From Heptranchias perlo (Eukaryota): a stretch of 64,000 bases of DNA. The position numbers and the translations under genes are program-made. Where the stretch lies: positions 17,856,001 through 17,920,000 of the forward strand of contig NC_090347.1 of NCBI RefSeq assembly GCF_035084215.1. The letters run 5' to 3'. Every line of letters starts with the position of its first letter. Position 1 is the stretch's first letter. The notes beneath the pieces were generated by a model. The model was not told the DNA's origin. It made no database searches and saw only the letters and a program-made list of their open reading frames with translations. Of the stretch, positions 24,137-37,335 are shown in pieces.

Positions 24137-25618
24137 ATAAATACGGTTATGTATTAATGTTTTTTTATGATTAGATTTTTGTGTTCCAAATTACTACAAA
24201 AACGGAAGCAGTAACAACCCCAAAGTAATAATGGAAAGTTCCAGAGGGTGACAGGTAGGTATATTGTATTCATTAACTAACAAAATAGAATAGGGCCTAG
24301 ATTTCAACAATAGTATGCACTAAATAACATTAAAGGTCACCAGGAGAAAGCAGTTACCCAGATAATACAGATCAAGTTGCAATATTATCTGCAGCACAAA
24401 GTGAATCAAACTAGTTTCAGTGTATGGAAGATTCACCTATCCAATCACAGTTACAAATATACAAAAAACCTTTGTGCACAGATATTTATATGTGAGGTCA
24501 TTGACAGAGAAACCTGTTTAGTATAATCAAAGGTTGTGACTCACGCATCAAGTCTGCTGTGAGTTTTCAAATCACTGCCAGATCTCCCGTGGCATTGCTC
24601 ATGGTGATCGGCGGATATGTTGTTTTATATCAATTAGGGGTGTTAACAACAAAATATGACAGGGTCAATGTTGTAGGAAGTAAGCATGACCAATATAACA
24701 AGACTTTTAATGTATTACTCATTGTTTTGGTCCATCTCAAAAACTGTAGTTTCTTTTTTTCACTTCCTGCTAGTTTTCTCACATTTTCTTCTCTGCTCTT
24801 CTAAAAGTGAATAATGAACATCAGCAATCCTCCAGTACTTGGCTGAAGTGGCCATTTTTCATGAGTGACCATTGAGAGATGCTTGACTGTGAGGGCATCA
24901 CAGCTGAATCTGAGATCACACACATATGCAGATTTCAGCATGGGTCATGGGATAATGATCAGGATAGGTAGTCGGAATCCTGGCTGAATTCCTTGTACTG
25001 CCATCATAGCTGAGTGCAATAACTGCATATGTATATGAAAATCACCCAATTAAGACTGTTCAGAACCATTTGTCCTGGACTTATCCTATTTGCCATCATC
25101 ATTAAATAAAGCTGGCTGCTCTGTCAGTTACAGTGAATGTTTATAGGATCTGTAATATTTATCACTTGTTCCCAGGTTTTGTGCTATATTGGTGCAATAA
25201 CATAATATCTATTTAAGGATCAAATAAAAATTCCTCAAATCCTCTCGATAACTACAAAACAAACAGCTAGCATCTAACTGGTGCGAGTTTGAAAAAATCT
25301 TATCCTGTATTAAATGATGGAAAATAAAGCCCACAAAACATTAAAAAATCTTATATCTGCCCTTGAATGAAACAGTGGTGTCAAGCATATCAGCCAATCA
25401 ATATCTCATCAATGCACCAAACATTTATATCATCAGGTTTTAAGGGCCTCCACATTTCAGATTACATTGAAATGCTGGATTCTTATCAAAGGGCATCAAT
25501 TAACATTTTAATTTTAACCTCTGCATATAGTCCTCCAATTTTGCTCTACATGTCCTTCACATTGTTGATAAGAAATACAGCTGGAATTCATGTGGTCTAC
25601 TGAGGCTGAGTCCGACCT

Positions 25619-25824
25619 TTAATATTCCCACAGTGTTGAACTGTCCACTTCATCTGCATCTGCCCTAAGTGTGCCTGCTTGGTTTCCTCGAAGGTACTTT
25701 TTGTTCTTGCCTTTGATAGCCAGTCGACCGTGATCTCGGAATTCAAAGTAAAAGTCTTCGGGAATGACGCTGTCAGTACAGATTGTCCCGGTGCTGGATA
25801 TGTACCAGAACTTGCCATCAGAGC
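25619..25824 (-). CDS. FSCN2: Fascin-2 coding exon 5 (terminal)
   Basis: Acceptor ttcttcatag; 206 nt including TAA. Encodes (G)SDGKFWYISSTGTICTDSVIPEDFYFEFRDHGRLAIKGKNKKYLRGNQAGTLRADADEVDSSTLWEY*, the canonical fascin LWEY C-terminus. Confidence 0.95.
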
Positions 25825-26159
25825 CTATGAAGAAAGAACATATGTTCAGGAATATGACGGTACAGAGCTAGTGTCCACAAACCCAAGTTACAAAGCCAAC
25901 CACACATCCCTTCAATATGTACATTGTACCTCATTGTTCTTCATCGTGACTTCTTTCTCTACAAATGTATTGGTTCAGAGATAGTTACCTCCATTTGTCG
26001 TTTAACATTTCCCCAGTTTTATCTCCTTTTCTCCTTCGTTTTTGAACTGATTCCTGCAGCAGTTTGCTTCCATGGATGCCTGCTGTTCTCCAGTCCTTCA
26101 CCAAAGTACCTATTCTTTGCCTGCCAGCCTGGACAATGGAATCCTTGTTATTATAAATG

Positions 26160-26535
26160 ATTATTTATTCTCGGAATGTGGGCATCCCTGGCAATGCTGA
26201 CATTTATTGCCCAGCTCAAGTTACACTGAGAAGGTGGTGGTGGTGGGCCATCTCCTTGAACCGCTGCAAGATCAGTTGAGAGTCAACCACGTTGGTGTGG
26301 GACTGGAGTCACATATAGGGCAGACCGGGTAAGGACGGCAGGTTTCCTTCCCTAAAGGCATTAGTAAACCAGTTGAGTTTTTATGCCAATCCGACAGCTT
26401 CTTGGTCATATTTTAACTGATGCCAGCTTTTTATTTCCAGATATTTTCAAATTCTCAATCTGCCATGGTGGAATTTGAACTAACGTTCCCTGGATTATTA
26501 ATCTAGTAACATAACCCCTACACTAGTGTACCCTC
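26160..26535 (-). mobile_element. tRNA-derived SINE with LINE-derived tail
   Basis: Minus strand reads head with gttcaaattccaccatggcag, core actaatgcctttagggaaggaaacctgccgtccttacccggtctg, and tail gcagcggttcaagg...caccaccacct...gcccacattcc shared with the LINE end at 37070-37335. Confidence 0.7.
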
Positions 26536-26882
26536 CAGAACCTGGGGTACTAAGGCTAGTTGTAGCATCCCCTGCTGTAAATGCAAATTCTTCTTTCTAC
26601 AGTAACATTAGCTGACATTTGGGATTGAAGCTGGAAACCTTCCTGGTCTGTACAGCTCACACTGGGAAGTGTGCTTACCCACTGAGCCACCAACTACCAT
26701 AATGATTTCCCTGCACTATTTTGGTTGTATATTGCTGAGGAATCAGATATAGCACTCTGAGTTAGTGACTCTGTTAATTTTTTTAATGTTTCATTTTTTT
26801 TTAAAACATTGTGCCCTTTCAGGATTTTGCAATTTGTACAGCTTTTTTGTATTATAAAGTAACATGAATGACCTATGTGCAC

Positions 26883-27650
26883 CATAGAATCATAGAAGTT
26901 TACAACATGGAAACAGGCCCTTCGGCCCAACATGTCCATGTCACCCAGTTTATACCACTAAAGCTAGTCCCAATTGGCTGCACTTGGCCCATATCCCTCT
27001 ATACCCATCTTACCCATGTAACTATCCAAATCCTTTTTAAAAGACAAAATTGTACCCGCCTCTACTACTGCCTCTGGCAGCTCGTTCCAGACACTCACCA
27101 CCCTTTGAGTGAAAAAATTGCCCTCTGGACCCTTTTGTATCTCTCCCCTCTCACCTTAAATCCATGCCCCCTCATTATAGACTCCCCTACCTTTGGGAAA
27201 AGATTTTGACGATCTACCTTATCTATGCCCCTCATTATTTTATAGACTTCTATAAGATCACCCCTAAACCTCCTACTCTCCAGGGAAAAAAGTCTCAGTC
27301 TATCCAACCTCTCCCTATAAGTCAAACCATCAAGTCCCAGTAGCATCCTAGTAAATCTTTTCTGCACTCTTTCTAGTTTAATAATATCATTTCCACAATA
27401 GGGTGACCAGAACTGTACACAGTATTCCAAGTGTGGCCTTACTAATGTCTTGTACAACTTCAATAAGACATCCCAACTCCTGTATTCAATGTTCTGACCA
27501 ATGAAACCAAACATGCTGAATGCCTTCTTCACCACCCTATCCACCTGTGACTCCACTTTCAAGGAGCTATGAACCTGTACTCCTAGATCTCTTTGTTCTA
27601 TAACTCTCCCCAACGCCCTACCATTAACAGAGTAGGTCCTGGCCCGATTC
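26883..27650 (-). mobile_element. Young CR1 LINE 3' fragment (FSCN2 intron 4)
   Basis: ORF 27095-27613 (RDLGVQVHSSLK...PHLEYCVQFWSP...RGDLIEVYKI); near-identical to 39024-39790. Confidence 0.95.
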
Positions 27651-27876
27651 CATTATGTTAAATCCATCATAAATTGCTTAAAATATGGTTTTATAAAATT
27701 TGCGGCAGTTGTGTATCAGTTTCTCATCTTCCTCCCAGCCTTGGGTTCATAAAATCTCATTAGGCTGAGAAGCTGTACTGGGCGTGAAATTCCCCATGAG
27801 TTCAACGCCAGTGTTACTGCGTATTTAAAATGAATGTACAAGCTAAATGATGGCAGCAAGCTTTTCAAATTCTGAC

Positions 27877-28795
27877 AAGAACAAAGAACTCGCATTTATA
27901 TAGCACCTTATCATGTCCTCAAGATGTTTCAAAGCACGTCACATGCAATGAATTCCTTTATTTTCCAAAGTGTAGCCACAATTGTTCTACAGGCAGATGT
28001 GGCAGTCAATTTCTACACAGCAAGGTCCGACAAACAGCAATGAGATGTGTGATTAATTGATCTATTGTTGGTTGAGGATTGAGTATTGGCCAGCACATCA
28101 GGCAAATTCTTTGCTCTTCTTTAAATAATGCAATAGGATCTTTTACATCCATCTGAAATGGTGGGGGGGGGGGTGTGAGGGGGCGATTTTAACCCTACCA
28201 GCCCGACTAAAACCAGGTGAGTGGGTAGTTGAAAACGAGCAGCTTACTTACTCACTCATAACTCAATCCTTTTGCGCCATTTCGAATTTTAACCTGCAGG
28301 CGGGGGCCTATTGAATTTATACAGAAGCACTCTGATTGCATTTTAACTGGGGCCTATGCAGGGAAACTGCCACTGGTTTATTCCTCCGGGCCCCACAATG
28401 AAAGTAGCGTCTTCCCCTGTCCTGGACTCCCCTCTTTCCTTCCCACGGGACTCTCCTGAAACGCCCTCCCTGCCACTTACCTAGAAGCTGGTGGGTGGCC
28501 CTCTGCCCGCCCATTCTGGGCAGGCAGTGGATGGGCGGCGTTTGAATGAAGTCCGGTAGTTTGAATCACCCTGCTCTCCTGATCCCGCAGGCGGGCGAGA
28601 AATTAACTCCGAGAGTGGTTGTGGAAACCCGCTCCGAGTTAAAATCCACTCCAGGGACTCCGTTTAATGACTCATCCGAAACAGTGCAGCACTCCCTCAG
28701 TATTACACTGGAGTGCGGGCCTACATAATATGGTCAAGTCCTGGAGTGGGGTTTAAACATACAACTTTCTGACTTGCGGGTGAAAGTGTGACTAT
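27877..28795 (-). mobile_element. SacSINE1-like DeuSINE interrupted by a MITE
   Basis: SINE tail at 27877-28160 and head at 28655-28795, separated by the insert 28179-28652. Confidence 0.65.
28179..28652. mobile_element. Harbinger-type MITE
   Basis: TIR-like ends gggggcgattttaac ... gttaaaatccactcc with a GC-rich interior. Confidence 0.6.
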
Positions 28796-29282
28796 ATCTT
28801 GTATGTTAAGTCTGTACCTGTCCTTAACCAAGGGCATGCAATTAGTGGTCCAAACCTTCCTGATTACATAAGAGGAGACCTGTCTTTGGTGCTGCCACTT
28901 CACAAAAGAGGCTGGCACCTAACTATGCCATCTCAAAGAGGCCAACCTGCAGACAACTTATGGACATGAAGGTCACTATTGCATTAAGCCTTTACACGAC
29001 TGGATCTATCCAAACCTCTACCAGTGACGTGCCAATTCAGTCAATTAGCTGTGATAGAGGCCTTGCTTCCATGGGTCAACTCTTTCCCTGAGGAAAGGAG
29101 GGAAGACTGGAAAATATTTGAAATTTATACATTTATACCACTTAACTTTCAGTGCTACATCCCTTTAATTTTGAGGTGCTGGACAGATATTCTGCATTCA
29201 TTAGGCTGATTGCTGGTGCAAGACCAAAACGGTGCTGGGAGTTTATTGCTAGTTATTTAAATAACCTGAGCCCATGGCCCTG

Positions 29283-29603
29283 ATATAGAGTCATAGAGTC
29301 ATAGAGTTATACAGCACGGATAGAGGCCCTTCGGCCCATCGTGTCCGCGCCGGCCATCAGCCCTGTCTACTCTAATCCCATATTCCAGCATTTGGTCCGT
29401 AGCCTTGTATGCTATGGCATTTCAAGTGCTCATCCAAATGCTTCTTGAATGTTGTGAGGGTTCCTGCCTCCACAACCCTTTCAGGCAGTGAGTTCCAGAC
29501 TCCAACCACCCTCTGGGTGAAAAAGTTCTTTCTCAAATCCCCTCTAAACCTCCCGCCTTTTACCTTGAATCTATGTCCCCTTGTTATAGTACCCTCAACG
29601 AAG
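29283..29603 (-). mobile_element. Young CR1 3' end
   Basis: (ctatgact)n tail on the minus strand; KNFFTQRVVGVWNSLPERVVEAG encoded on the minus strand. Confidence 0.9.
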
Positions 29604-30241
29604 GGTACTATAACAAGGGGAGGTGGGGACAGAGCGGGGATGCATGTCAGCAGCCGGGGAACCGAGCAATACCGGGAAGATGGAGGTCCTGCCGAATTTA
29701 ATGGCAGGAACTCATTCGAACTTTTTTACTCCATATCCCGTCTGGCATCCGGCTAGATTGAGAGACTGGTCGGCTGCCAGGCGGGAAAGCCTGCTGGGAC
29801 GGTCCCCAGCAATTGGAGAAGATTAGGGGTTGGTGGGGGGTGGGGGGCAGTGCTCGGAGCACAGCAGAGAGGAGGGAAGGAGAGAACGATTGCCCGTGGG
29901 TGGGGGGGGGGGGAGATCGCGGTGGGTAGATATCGCTGGGGGGAGTCATCGCTGGGAGGGTGGGGGGGAAATGAGATCGCTGGGGGAGACATCATGGGGG
30001 GGAGAGATCACCGGGGGGTGAGATCATGGGGCTGAGATATCGCGGGGGGATCGGCCGATCGCGGGGGGGGGGGGTCGGAAGATCGCAGCAGGTTTGCTCG
30101 AGGAGCAAGGAGAAGCACTCCTGCTCCTTCTGGCCCACAATCAGTGCTGGAAAAGCACTTACCTGCTGGATCTGGCAGCTCCTGCCTCCCTTCAGCTGCC
30201 TGGTTTCCCGAGCCCTGGGAAACTGGTTAAAACTCCCCCCC
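29603..30241. mobile_element. Harbinger-type MITE with G-rich GAGATC array
   Basis: Right end gttaaaactccccc. Shares cagcaggt...cctgctcct.ctgg.cccacaa with the 14944 element. G-rich array at 29890-30085. Confidence 0.55.
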
Positions 30242-30716
30242 ACAAAATTATGCGCAGTCAGCTCATTGCACTTTGGGCTAGCTTTGCACTGGCAGCCAGC
30301 CACTTCTGGCACAGATTTTGTCAAGATTGCAATATTATGTCTCAAATGTAAAAATTGGAGACCACCATCGGGAGCTCATTTTGAAGCCAACCTCCAAGGA
30401 TTTGGACTGTATCAAGCCACAATGTAAAAAGCCTGTTAAGATTCACAATAGCAGCCTACAAAATGAAATACACTGTGCCACTTTATCTTTGTTTAGGTGA
30501 GATGCTCAGAGAGAATATGGTGCCTTACTCAGTAACTTAGCTGAGGGCTGACGAAACACTTCTCCTAAGGATACTAGCACACTAAAGTATCTTGTAACCA
30601 CTGCCCTTGAAGTCACAACACTGGGTCAAGAAGCTCCTAGAAAAATGTGTTATGTCCGTTCTTTAATACTGAAATGTCTGTAAGCATGGTGATCTGTGTA
30701 GGTGTCAGGCTCTCAC

Positions 30717-30884
30717 CTTTAATGTGATAGGCTCCATTTTCAAAAGCGAGCTGAAAGACGTCATAAACTGACCGATTGGCATCCAGTGTGCTGGAGCTTT
30801 TGTGGTAACAGACAAACCCATGGTCTCCTCGTAGAACCAGGATAGGCCTATTAATTAGCCTCAATGTAAACTCTTCATCTTCAC
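30717..30884 (-). CDS. FSCN2: Fascin-2 coding exon 4
   Basis: Acceptor gttgctttag, donor gtgag; 168 nt. Encodes (G)EDEEFTLRLINRPILVLRGDHGFVCYHKSSSTLDANRSVYDVFQLAFENGAYHIK(G). Confidence 0.95.
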
Positions 30885-31811
30885 CTAAAGCAACAGGCAA
30901 GATAAAATCATCACCTTGATTTTGACTCAAACCACAGCTTCAATATGTTGCAATGAAATACAATCAATCATGGTGGGGGGTGGGGAAACCATCTTACCCT
31001 TTGCTTTTACTGAATTATACTTCTCATTGTAAACCCAATTCAGCGGCCTAGTAGGAATGTAAAGGTTGTCAAATCGTGCTGTTAACTATTAACGAACGCA
31101 TTAACACTCATTTGAAATGCCTCAGTTTTGTATTTTAACAAAGGTGTTAATCTGAAATGGGTTCATGTCTTCAAGCAAGGCAAGAAATTCATATGAAGGT
31201 GTAAACATGTTTGTTACTAATATTGCACAGTGTAATTTCAAGGCAAAAATGTTCAAGCACAAGATTTAGAAAGGAGCTTTAATAGTCAAAGCCCCTCCTG
31301 AATATATTTCCCTAGTTTCTTGCAGCGAAACCTCCGGTGAAATTTATATTGTACTCATTTAATACAAGTGACTTCGATATCAATGTATTGTACATAAAAC
31401 AAGTTAAATTTCTTGTTCTTTTCCCGTGCTTCCTAATTAACAATTCTAGAGTTAAATCGGAAGTGGTAAAGCATAAGTCACTTGCTAAAATATTTAGGTT
31501 AATGAGATTCTTGTCTTCATTGTTTGCAAGACAGAAATTTAAGGTGATGATTTTGAGACTTAATTAACAGTGACCATTTAGTCAGCCATGAAACCATGCA
31601 GTAATTGTGACTGTTACAGGAATAGCTAATAAATATATGTAGGTTGGATGTGGTCAATGCATCTTGCTCACTAACCGGGAAACTATTTCTTCCAGATTCC
31701 AAGATTGTGAACTATATACAGCTCTTTGTTCTCATAATATGGGATGAGTCAGGGGTTTAAAGCTGTTCTCACTCACGGATTAAACTGTGTTCTCCAGTGT
31801 CTCCATTCTAC

Positions 31812-31838
31812 ATATATGTATATATATATATATATATA
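31812..31838. repeat. (TA)n microsatellite
   Basis: atatatgtatatatatatatatatata. Confidence 0.9.
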
Positions 31839-32204
31839 TTACTGCAAGGAAATAGGAAAATATTGTCAGACAGAATTTTGATTTGGAATCCTTATTAAAG
31901 CTCCTTTCTAAATCTTGTGCTTTCCACATTTTTTTCCTTGAAAGTGCACTGTGAACTATTAGTACCAAATGTGTTTGCATATTCATAAATTTCTTGCCTG
32001 TCTTTTGAATGAATTAACCTGTTTCAAGGTACAACCTTTGTCGCAATAAAAAAAAATGACCCTGTTAATGTGTTTGATATAATCCCAGTAGGTGCGGGTG
32101 GGAGTTGGAATTGATATCCAGTAGTTACTGAAAATAACACAATTATACCCATCCCTATATTTGTGCCATCTTTTTTAAGATTCTTTCAATCATGCCTAAC
32201 TCAC

Positions 32205-32326
32205 CAGCTGAATCACTCACTGATGCAAGCTGTCCATTTTTCTTTGTACAGATGTATTTGCCATTGTTAGCCTTGAGTGCTATTTTTCGTCCACGCCACT
32301 CTATTTCGAACATACAGTTGGCCTCT
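32205..32326 (-). CDS. FSCN2: Fascin-2 coding exon 3
   Basis: Acceptor tttgaatccag, donor gtgag; 122 nt. Encodes EANCMFEIEWRGRKIALKANNGKYICTKKNGQLASVSDSA(G). Confidence 0.95.
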
Positions 32327-32789
32327 CTGGATTCAAAAGAGAAAGAATCTGTTAAAAAAAACTTACCATGCTCCCAGCAACAATCTCTCACCAGATCGTG
32401 TCCAGGCAGTTGTCTTATACCTCGACACTACACACATCATAAATCCAACACAAAGGAAGTAGAATAACGTGATCCTGGTGAGCTAGTGGGATGATAATGT
32501 ATGATATGATAATCTGGTAGAAATAGTGACACCTTGTTGGTGGGATAATGGAAATGAAATGCCAAAATGAACAGTGGTCATGGCAATAACATAAACGCAC
32601 CATAAAATCTGGTACATAAGTCACACTTTGGGGGTAATTTTGACTTTGGGTGATAATGTAAAACGGGCGATATCAGCCTGCTATGCATCTCTTCCAATCT
32701 TTATTTCCATTGATTTATGATTTTCATTTCCATGGGACATCCTGAGGTCATGAAGTGTGCTTTATAAATGCAAGTCTTTCTTTTATTGT

Positions 32790-33300
32790 TTGGTCCGCAT
32801 TCCTCCACTTTTATAACATTATCTGCTTACCTTTCCCTCCTCCCCTCCCCTGCCCCCGCCACTGCTGAAACTCTAATCAAAGTCTTCATCATCTTCAGGA
32901 TTGATTTCTCCAACTCCCTCCTTGCCAGCCTCCCTGCCCCCACCCTTCACAAACTCAAAGTGAAACCAGAATTACACGGCCATGTCCTCTCCTGCGCAGA
33001 ATCCTGCACATTATCAGCCCGTTCCTTGCCAAGCTCCACTGGCTGCCTGTACTCTAGTAAATCCACTGCAAGATCCTCATCCGCACCCCACTGTATCAGA
33101 ATTAGGTTTCTCCAGCCATACAACCCTGCTTTGAGTCTGCTCCTCTGACTCCAGATTATTGCTTTACCCCCCTCCCCCCTTTATCTGCTCCACCTTTGGA
33201 GGTTGATCATTTAATCACTACACTCCTGCCCTCTAATTATCTCCCTCGACCACTTTGCCTTCTTCCCTGCCTTGAAACGCCTAATAATCCATCTCTTTGA
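32790..33300 (+). mobile_element. Old L2 LINE fragment
   Basis: TAETLIKVFIIFRIDFSNSLLASLPAPTLHKL, homologous to the L2 copies at 7392 and 8975. Confidence 0.7.
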
Positions 33301-33531
33301 CTGTATGGCAGATCAATATAAGCTGTTGTAACAGTGTCTTTGTGCAGATAGCTACTGGGTTGGCTTTGAGAGTCAGTTTTTGGGTTGATGGGTAAATGGC
33401 TGGTATCAACGTAGGGACAGATACCGTCAACTGGCTTTGTTAACTAAGTTGGCAGTAAAATGGCGACCAGTCTAGCTTTATAAAGATATCTACTATGGAA
33501 AATCTATGTTTTGAATGGTTAGCTAACTTAC

Positions 33532-33688
33532 ATTTCAGTAGCTGTGGATTGTATCCCTCCATGAGCCACCAATGTCCAGAAGTTGCCCATGTGTGTACGT
33601 AAGATGCATTTCTTAGTCTCTTTGTCAATTTCCATTTGATACGTTTCCTGGTGTGTCTCTTCATCCTGATTGGCTGAGATATTCATAC
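33532..33688 (-). CDS. FSCN2: Fascin-2 coding exon 2
   Basis: Acceptor ttttttgtcag, donor gtaag; 157 nt. Encodes (G)[51 protein letters not shown](I), in frame with exon 1. Not shown in this frame in the ORF track. Confidence 0.95.
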
Positions 33689-33825
33689 CTGACAAAAAAA
33701 TTGGATTAAAATAACAATCTGGTCAGAAATTTACAACAATTTACTGATGAAAAAATGTCTCATCTTCCCCTGGGCATCCACTTGTTCACAGTGTTGTGTG
33801 ATCATAACTAACAAAGGCGATTAGC

Positions 33826-34000
33826 ATGGATGCATTTAATGGGAAGCTGGATAATCACATAAGGGAGAAAGGAGTAGAAGGATATGTTGATAGGGTGGAA
33901 TGAAATAAGGTAAGAGGAGGCTCGAGTGGAGCATAAACACCAGCATAGACCTGCTGGGCTGAATGGCCTGTTCCTGTGCTGTAAAATTCTCTGTAAATCT
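33826..34000 (+). mobile_element. CR1 3'UTR fragment
   Basis: gatgcatttaatgggaagctgg...gggctgaatggcctgttcctgtgctgtaa. Confidence 0.75.
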
Positions 34001-35454
34001 ATGTAAAAGATTCAATAATTGATTCTTCAAATATTTTTATTTAAAAAAAATCATACTCATCCTCTCTCGAGTATGAATATCAGTCACAGGTTTGAAAATA
34101 CAAACCCTAGCCAATGAAGTAAAAATATATACGTTCTCTCCTTTTGTATAAGCCCCACCCTCTGAGGCTGACAGACCTCTTCAAACAGCCAGGTGGAAGG
34201 GACAGTCTGGAGCACAGATTTCCCATTAATGACTATCAGTGTTACTCAGTGATTGTTCATTAGTAGGAAATATATTCCTGAAGAGACTGGTTCTGACTGT
34301 TTTCCTTCCCATCAGATTAGCAGGAGTTCCAAGGCATTATTACAACCAAGGGAACAAGACCTAAAAAAATTATGACCCCTATTTGAGTCTTGGTATTGGG
34401 ACATAGTGTGAGACTACCCCCCACACACAAAGGTTTTGAACAGTTGTTGTTATCTGCTGTTTTAAAACTATATTTGAGCTGACGTTTGCTGATTCTTTTT
34501 AGAATGGAGGGTATTTGTTAGGAGTTCAACACGCTGAGTGTAGTTTCATTTTTCTGAAATAGGCACAAAAGATTTTTAAATAATACTAATTGATTTCCCG
34601 TGGCAGAGCACACTGGGGGTCAGGACCAGGTGTAGTCTTCAGGTGAAGTTTGGGTTGGAGGATGGAGATAACTGGACCAGGGCGCACAGACATAATTTAG
34701 TCCCCGCCTTGAAATTATGCATTCTGTCATTTTTATTTGATACTTTTTGATTTGATATTATGTACAGTTAAACAGCAAAACTTTGGAAAGCAGAGAAGCA
34801 GAGTTCGTTGGAACATAGGAGTTTTTCTGCAGTACGAGCTCAGGAGCTGGGAAACACAAAGCTGGGAGGGTGTAATGAGAGCCTGACAAGTTCACTTGGG
34901 CACTTACCATTATAAATGTAGACATAGGGAGTTATAATGGGAAAAAGCTGACACAAAACAAAAACGTGTCAACAGGAAGTAAGGTTTTGTAGACAGGAAG
35001 CATGTGTAGCTGTAAGATTTTTAATATAATTTTATTGAATTGTTTTCTTTAATGTTTAGTTTCTGTTATTTTATTGATATTTGTAGACGCCAGTAAAAGA
35101 ATATTACAACTCATTGTAATGTAAACAAATGAAGATTACCCCATCATATGACAAAAAGACTATTACAGAATTTTAAACATTTTTTTAGTTTCACCCATTA
35201 TATAGAACATCTAATAGAAATTATAAGAGTTTGCTGAAAAGTTTGTGTTAGCATATTTGTGGTTTAAAACCTTTTTAAAACACATCTATCCTTAAAAAGC
35301 CAACTCTGCTCTTCATTTCATTTGTACACAAGTTATCTCCAGTAAAGGTTTCTTCATTGAGTTCTGTGGTGAGTACACTCAAAAAATTCTTCTTCTGGGG
35401 CTCCGCTGGTTAAGGCAGTGTGTAGTCATGTCAAACAGATTAGGAAGCTCCCAG

Positions 35455-36345
35455 GAATAAAATCAGAAAATGCTGGAAATACACATCACGTCAGTCAGCA
35501 TTTGTAATCAAAAAAGACAAGTTAATGTTTCGGGTGTAGGCTCTTCATCAGAACTGAAAGCTAAAAGATAAGTACGTGGTTAGGAAAAAAGTTGGACAAA
35601 AAAAGAGGGCGAGAGAAACAAGTTACTCTAATCGGAGAGATGGAGTTAGTGGGTTGAAAGATCTGCAAAGGGCTTAATAGAAAACTGTTAGATGATATTA
35701 AAGATCATCTCAGAACCTGAAAATAGTTAAAAGGGCGAAAAAACATGGGACAGACTCACACAAAAAAAAGGGTGAGAAAATAGTGGAAATTGGGGAAAGA
35801 GGAAAGAAAACCTGCAAATGCAGGAAGTCTACAATGAAAATAGAAGATGGCAAAACACATTGGGCCTGCTCATCCCGAAAAGAGCAGAAACATGCACTGT
35901 GGGTGCTGATCCCCTCCTCTGCCAGCATGGTGTTCATTTCCTGTTTTTTTTCTCATTTCCCCCATTTTCTTGTCATTATTTGTGTGTGAACATCTCCCAT
36001 ATCTTTTCACTCTATTACCTATTTACATGCTCTTTTGTTTTAATGCCATTCCATTACTTCACTGGGCATCTAGTATATCATCTAACAGTTTTCTATTAAG
36101 TGGCCTGCAGGTCATTCAAGCCATTAACTCCCTGTCTATTGTTGGAATAACTGTTGTTTTCCTTCCCTCCCTTTTTTCTCTCTTTTTCCAACATTACTAA
36201 AATGCATGTTATCTATTAGTCTTCAGTTCTGGCAAAAGGTGTAGACTCAAAATGTAAACTTGTCTTTCCTCACTACAGATGCTGACTGATTTGTATTTTT
36301 CTGTTGTTATTTCAGATTTCCAGTTTGCAGTTTTTTTTCCTTTTT
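35455..36345. mobile_element. Penelope-like remnant with inverted termini, nested in a SINE
   Basis: aataaaatcagaaaatgctggaaatac... mirrored by ...gtatttttctgttgttatttcag. Minus-strand CTGATGA...GAAA at 35551-35528. The host SINE is split at cccagg|..tcaacccctggtctgtgctgagttag. Confidence 0.55.
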
Positions 36346-37069
36346 ATTTGTACTCAACCCCTGGTCTGTGCTGAGTTAGGTAAATTCAGTCGATTAGGGG
36401 CACCACCATTGGCTTCAGAACCCTTTCCTTAGGGAGGGAAATATCTGCCAGGGTTTCCCATTCCTAATTGCAGTGAGAGGGGGCAGACTATTTGGAATTG
36501 ATGCTTTGTTTGGATTGATATTTTATTGAGCTGTTTTACTGGAAATATTTTCCAATAGAATATCTATGAGTATGGAAAACTGGCCATTGACTCAAAGCTA
36601 GAGTCAAGGGAGACATATTTCTACAGGATAGCCACATCTCTGTCTTCACGGACTTCTCCCTGGGAAGTTCCAGAAGTACAAAACCCTTGATGAAATATAC
36701 CTGACTGTTTGAATACAAGATGATGTACCCAGGTTGAAAATCCTGACACAGCACACTTTACTCTTCAAAATATTTCAGAGGTAGCCAAGACAAAAGCATC
36801 TGAGGATAACACTCCCACATCCACAATAGCAAGAACAACAACCCCCATGATGGAACAACACAATTAAACCCTTCAGCTCTACCCCAAAAGACCTGAGAAA
36901 AGCCCAACACATCTTCAGCAAATGCACCACAACAATGCTAATGAAGCAGCAAAAATACAATTGATTGCCTCCCCCACAACACCCAAATAATTGGTCTTTA
37001 ATCCAGAAGATTCCTCATATCCAGGGGATCACCTCCCTCTCCTGTGACCTTTACCAAGAAGGACAAGAG

Positions 37070-37335
37070 TAGCAATATCCCGAGAACATATTCACCTTCA
37101 AATTCTTCTTCAAGTCGCACACCATCCTGACTTGGACACACACCACTGTGCCTTTGACTCGCTCAGTCAAAATACTGGAATTCCCTTCCTAACAATATCG
37201 TGGGATCACCATCAGCACAAAGACTGTAGCGGTTCAAGGAAAAGGCCCACCACCACCTTCTCAGGGCAACTAGTGATGGGTCATAAATGGGGCTTATCAA
37301 TGTCGCCCATATCCCAAGAACAAAATAAATAAAAA
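37070..37335 (+). mobile_element. LINE 3' end (CR1-like), partner of the 26160 SINE
   Basis: tggaattcccttcct (WNSLP) then gcggttcaaggaaaaggcccaccaccaccttctcagggcaac...gcccatatccc. Confidence 0.65.

Noticed and set aside
1-25000. Expected 3' exons of a convergent neighbour gene (FAAP100 in mammals)
   Set aside because: I found no + strand segment with recognisable homology and splice sites; short divergent exons could have been missed by eye.
30885-30914. In-frame alternative acceptor 30 nt upstream of exon 4 (would add 10 aa)
   Set aside because: The AG lacks a polypyrimidine tract, whereas the 30884 acceptor is strong.
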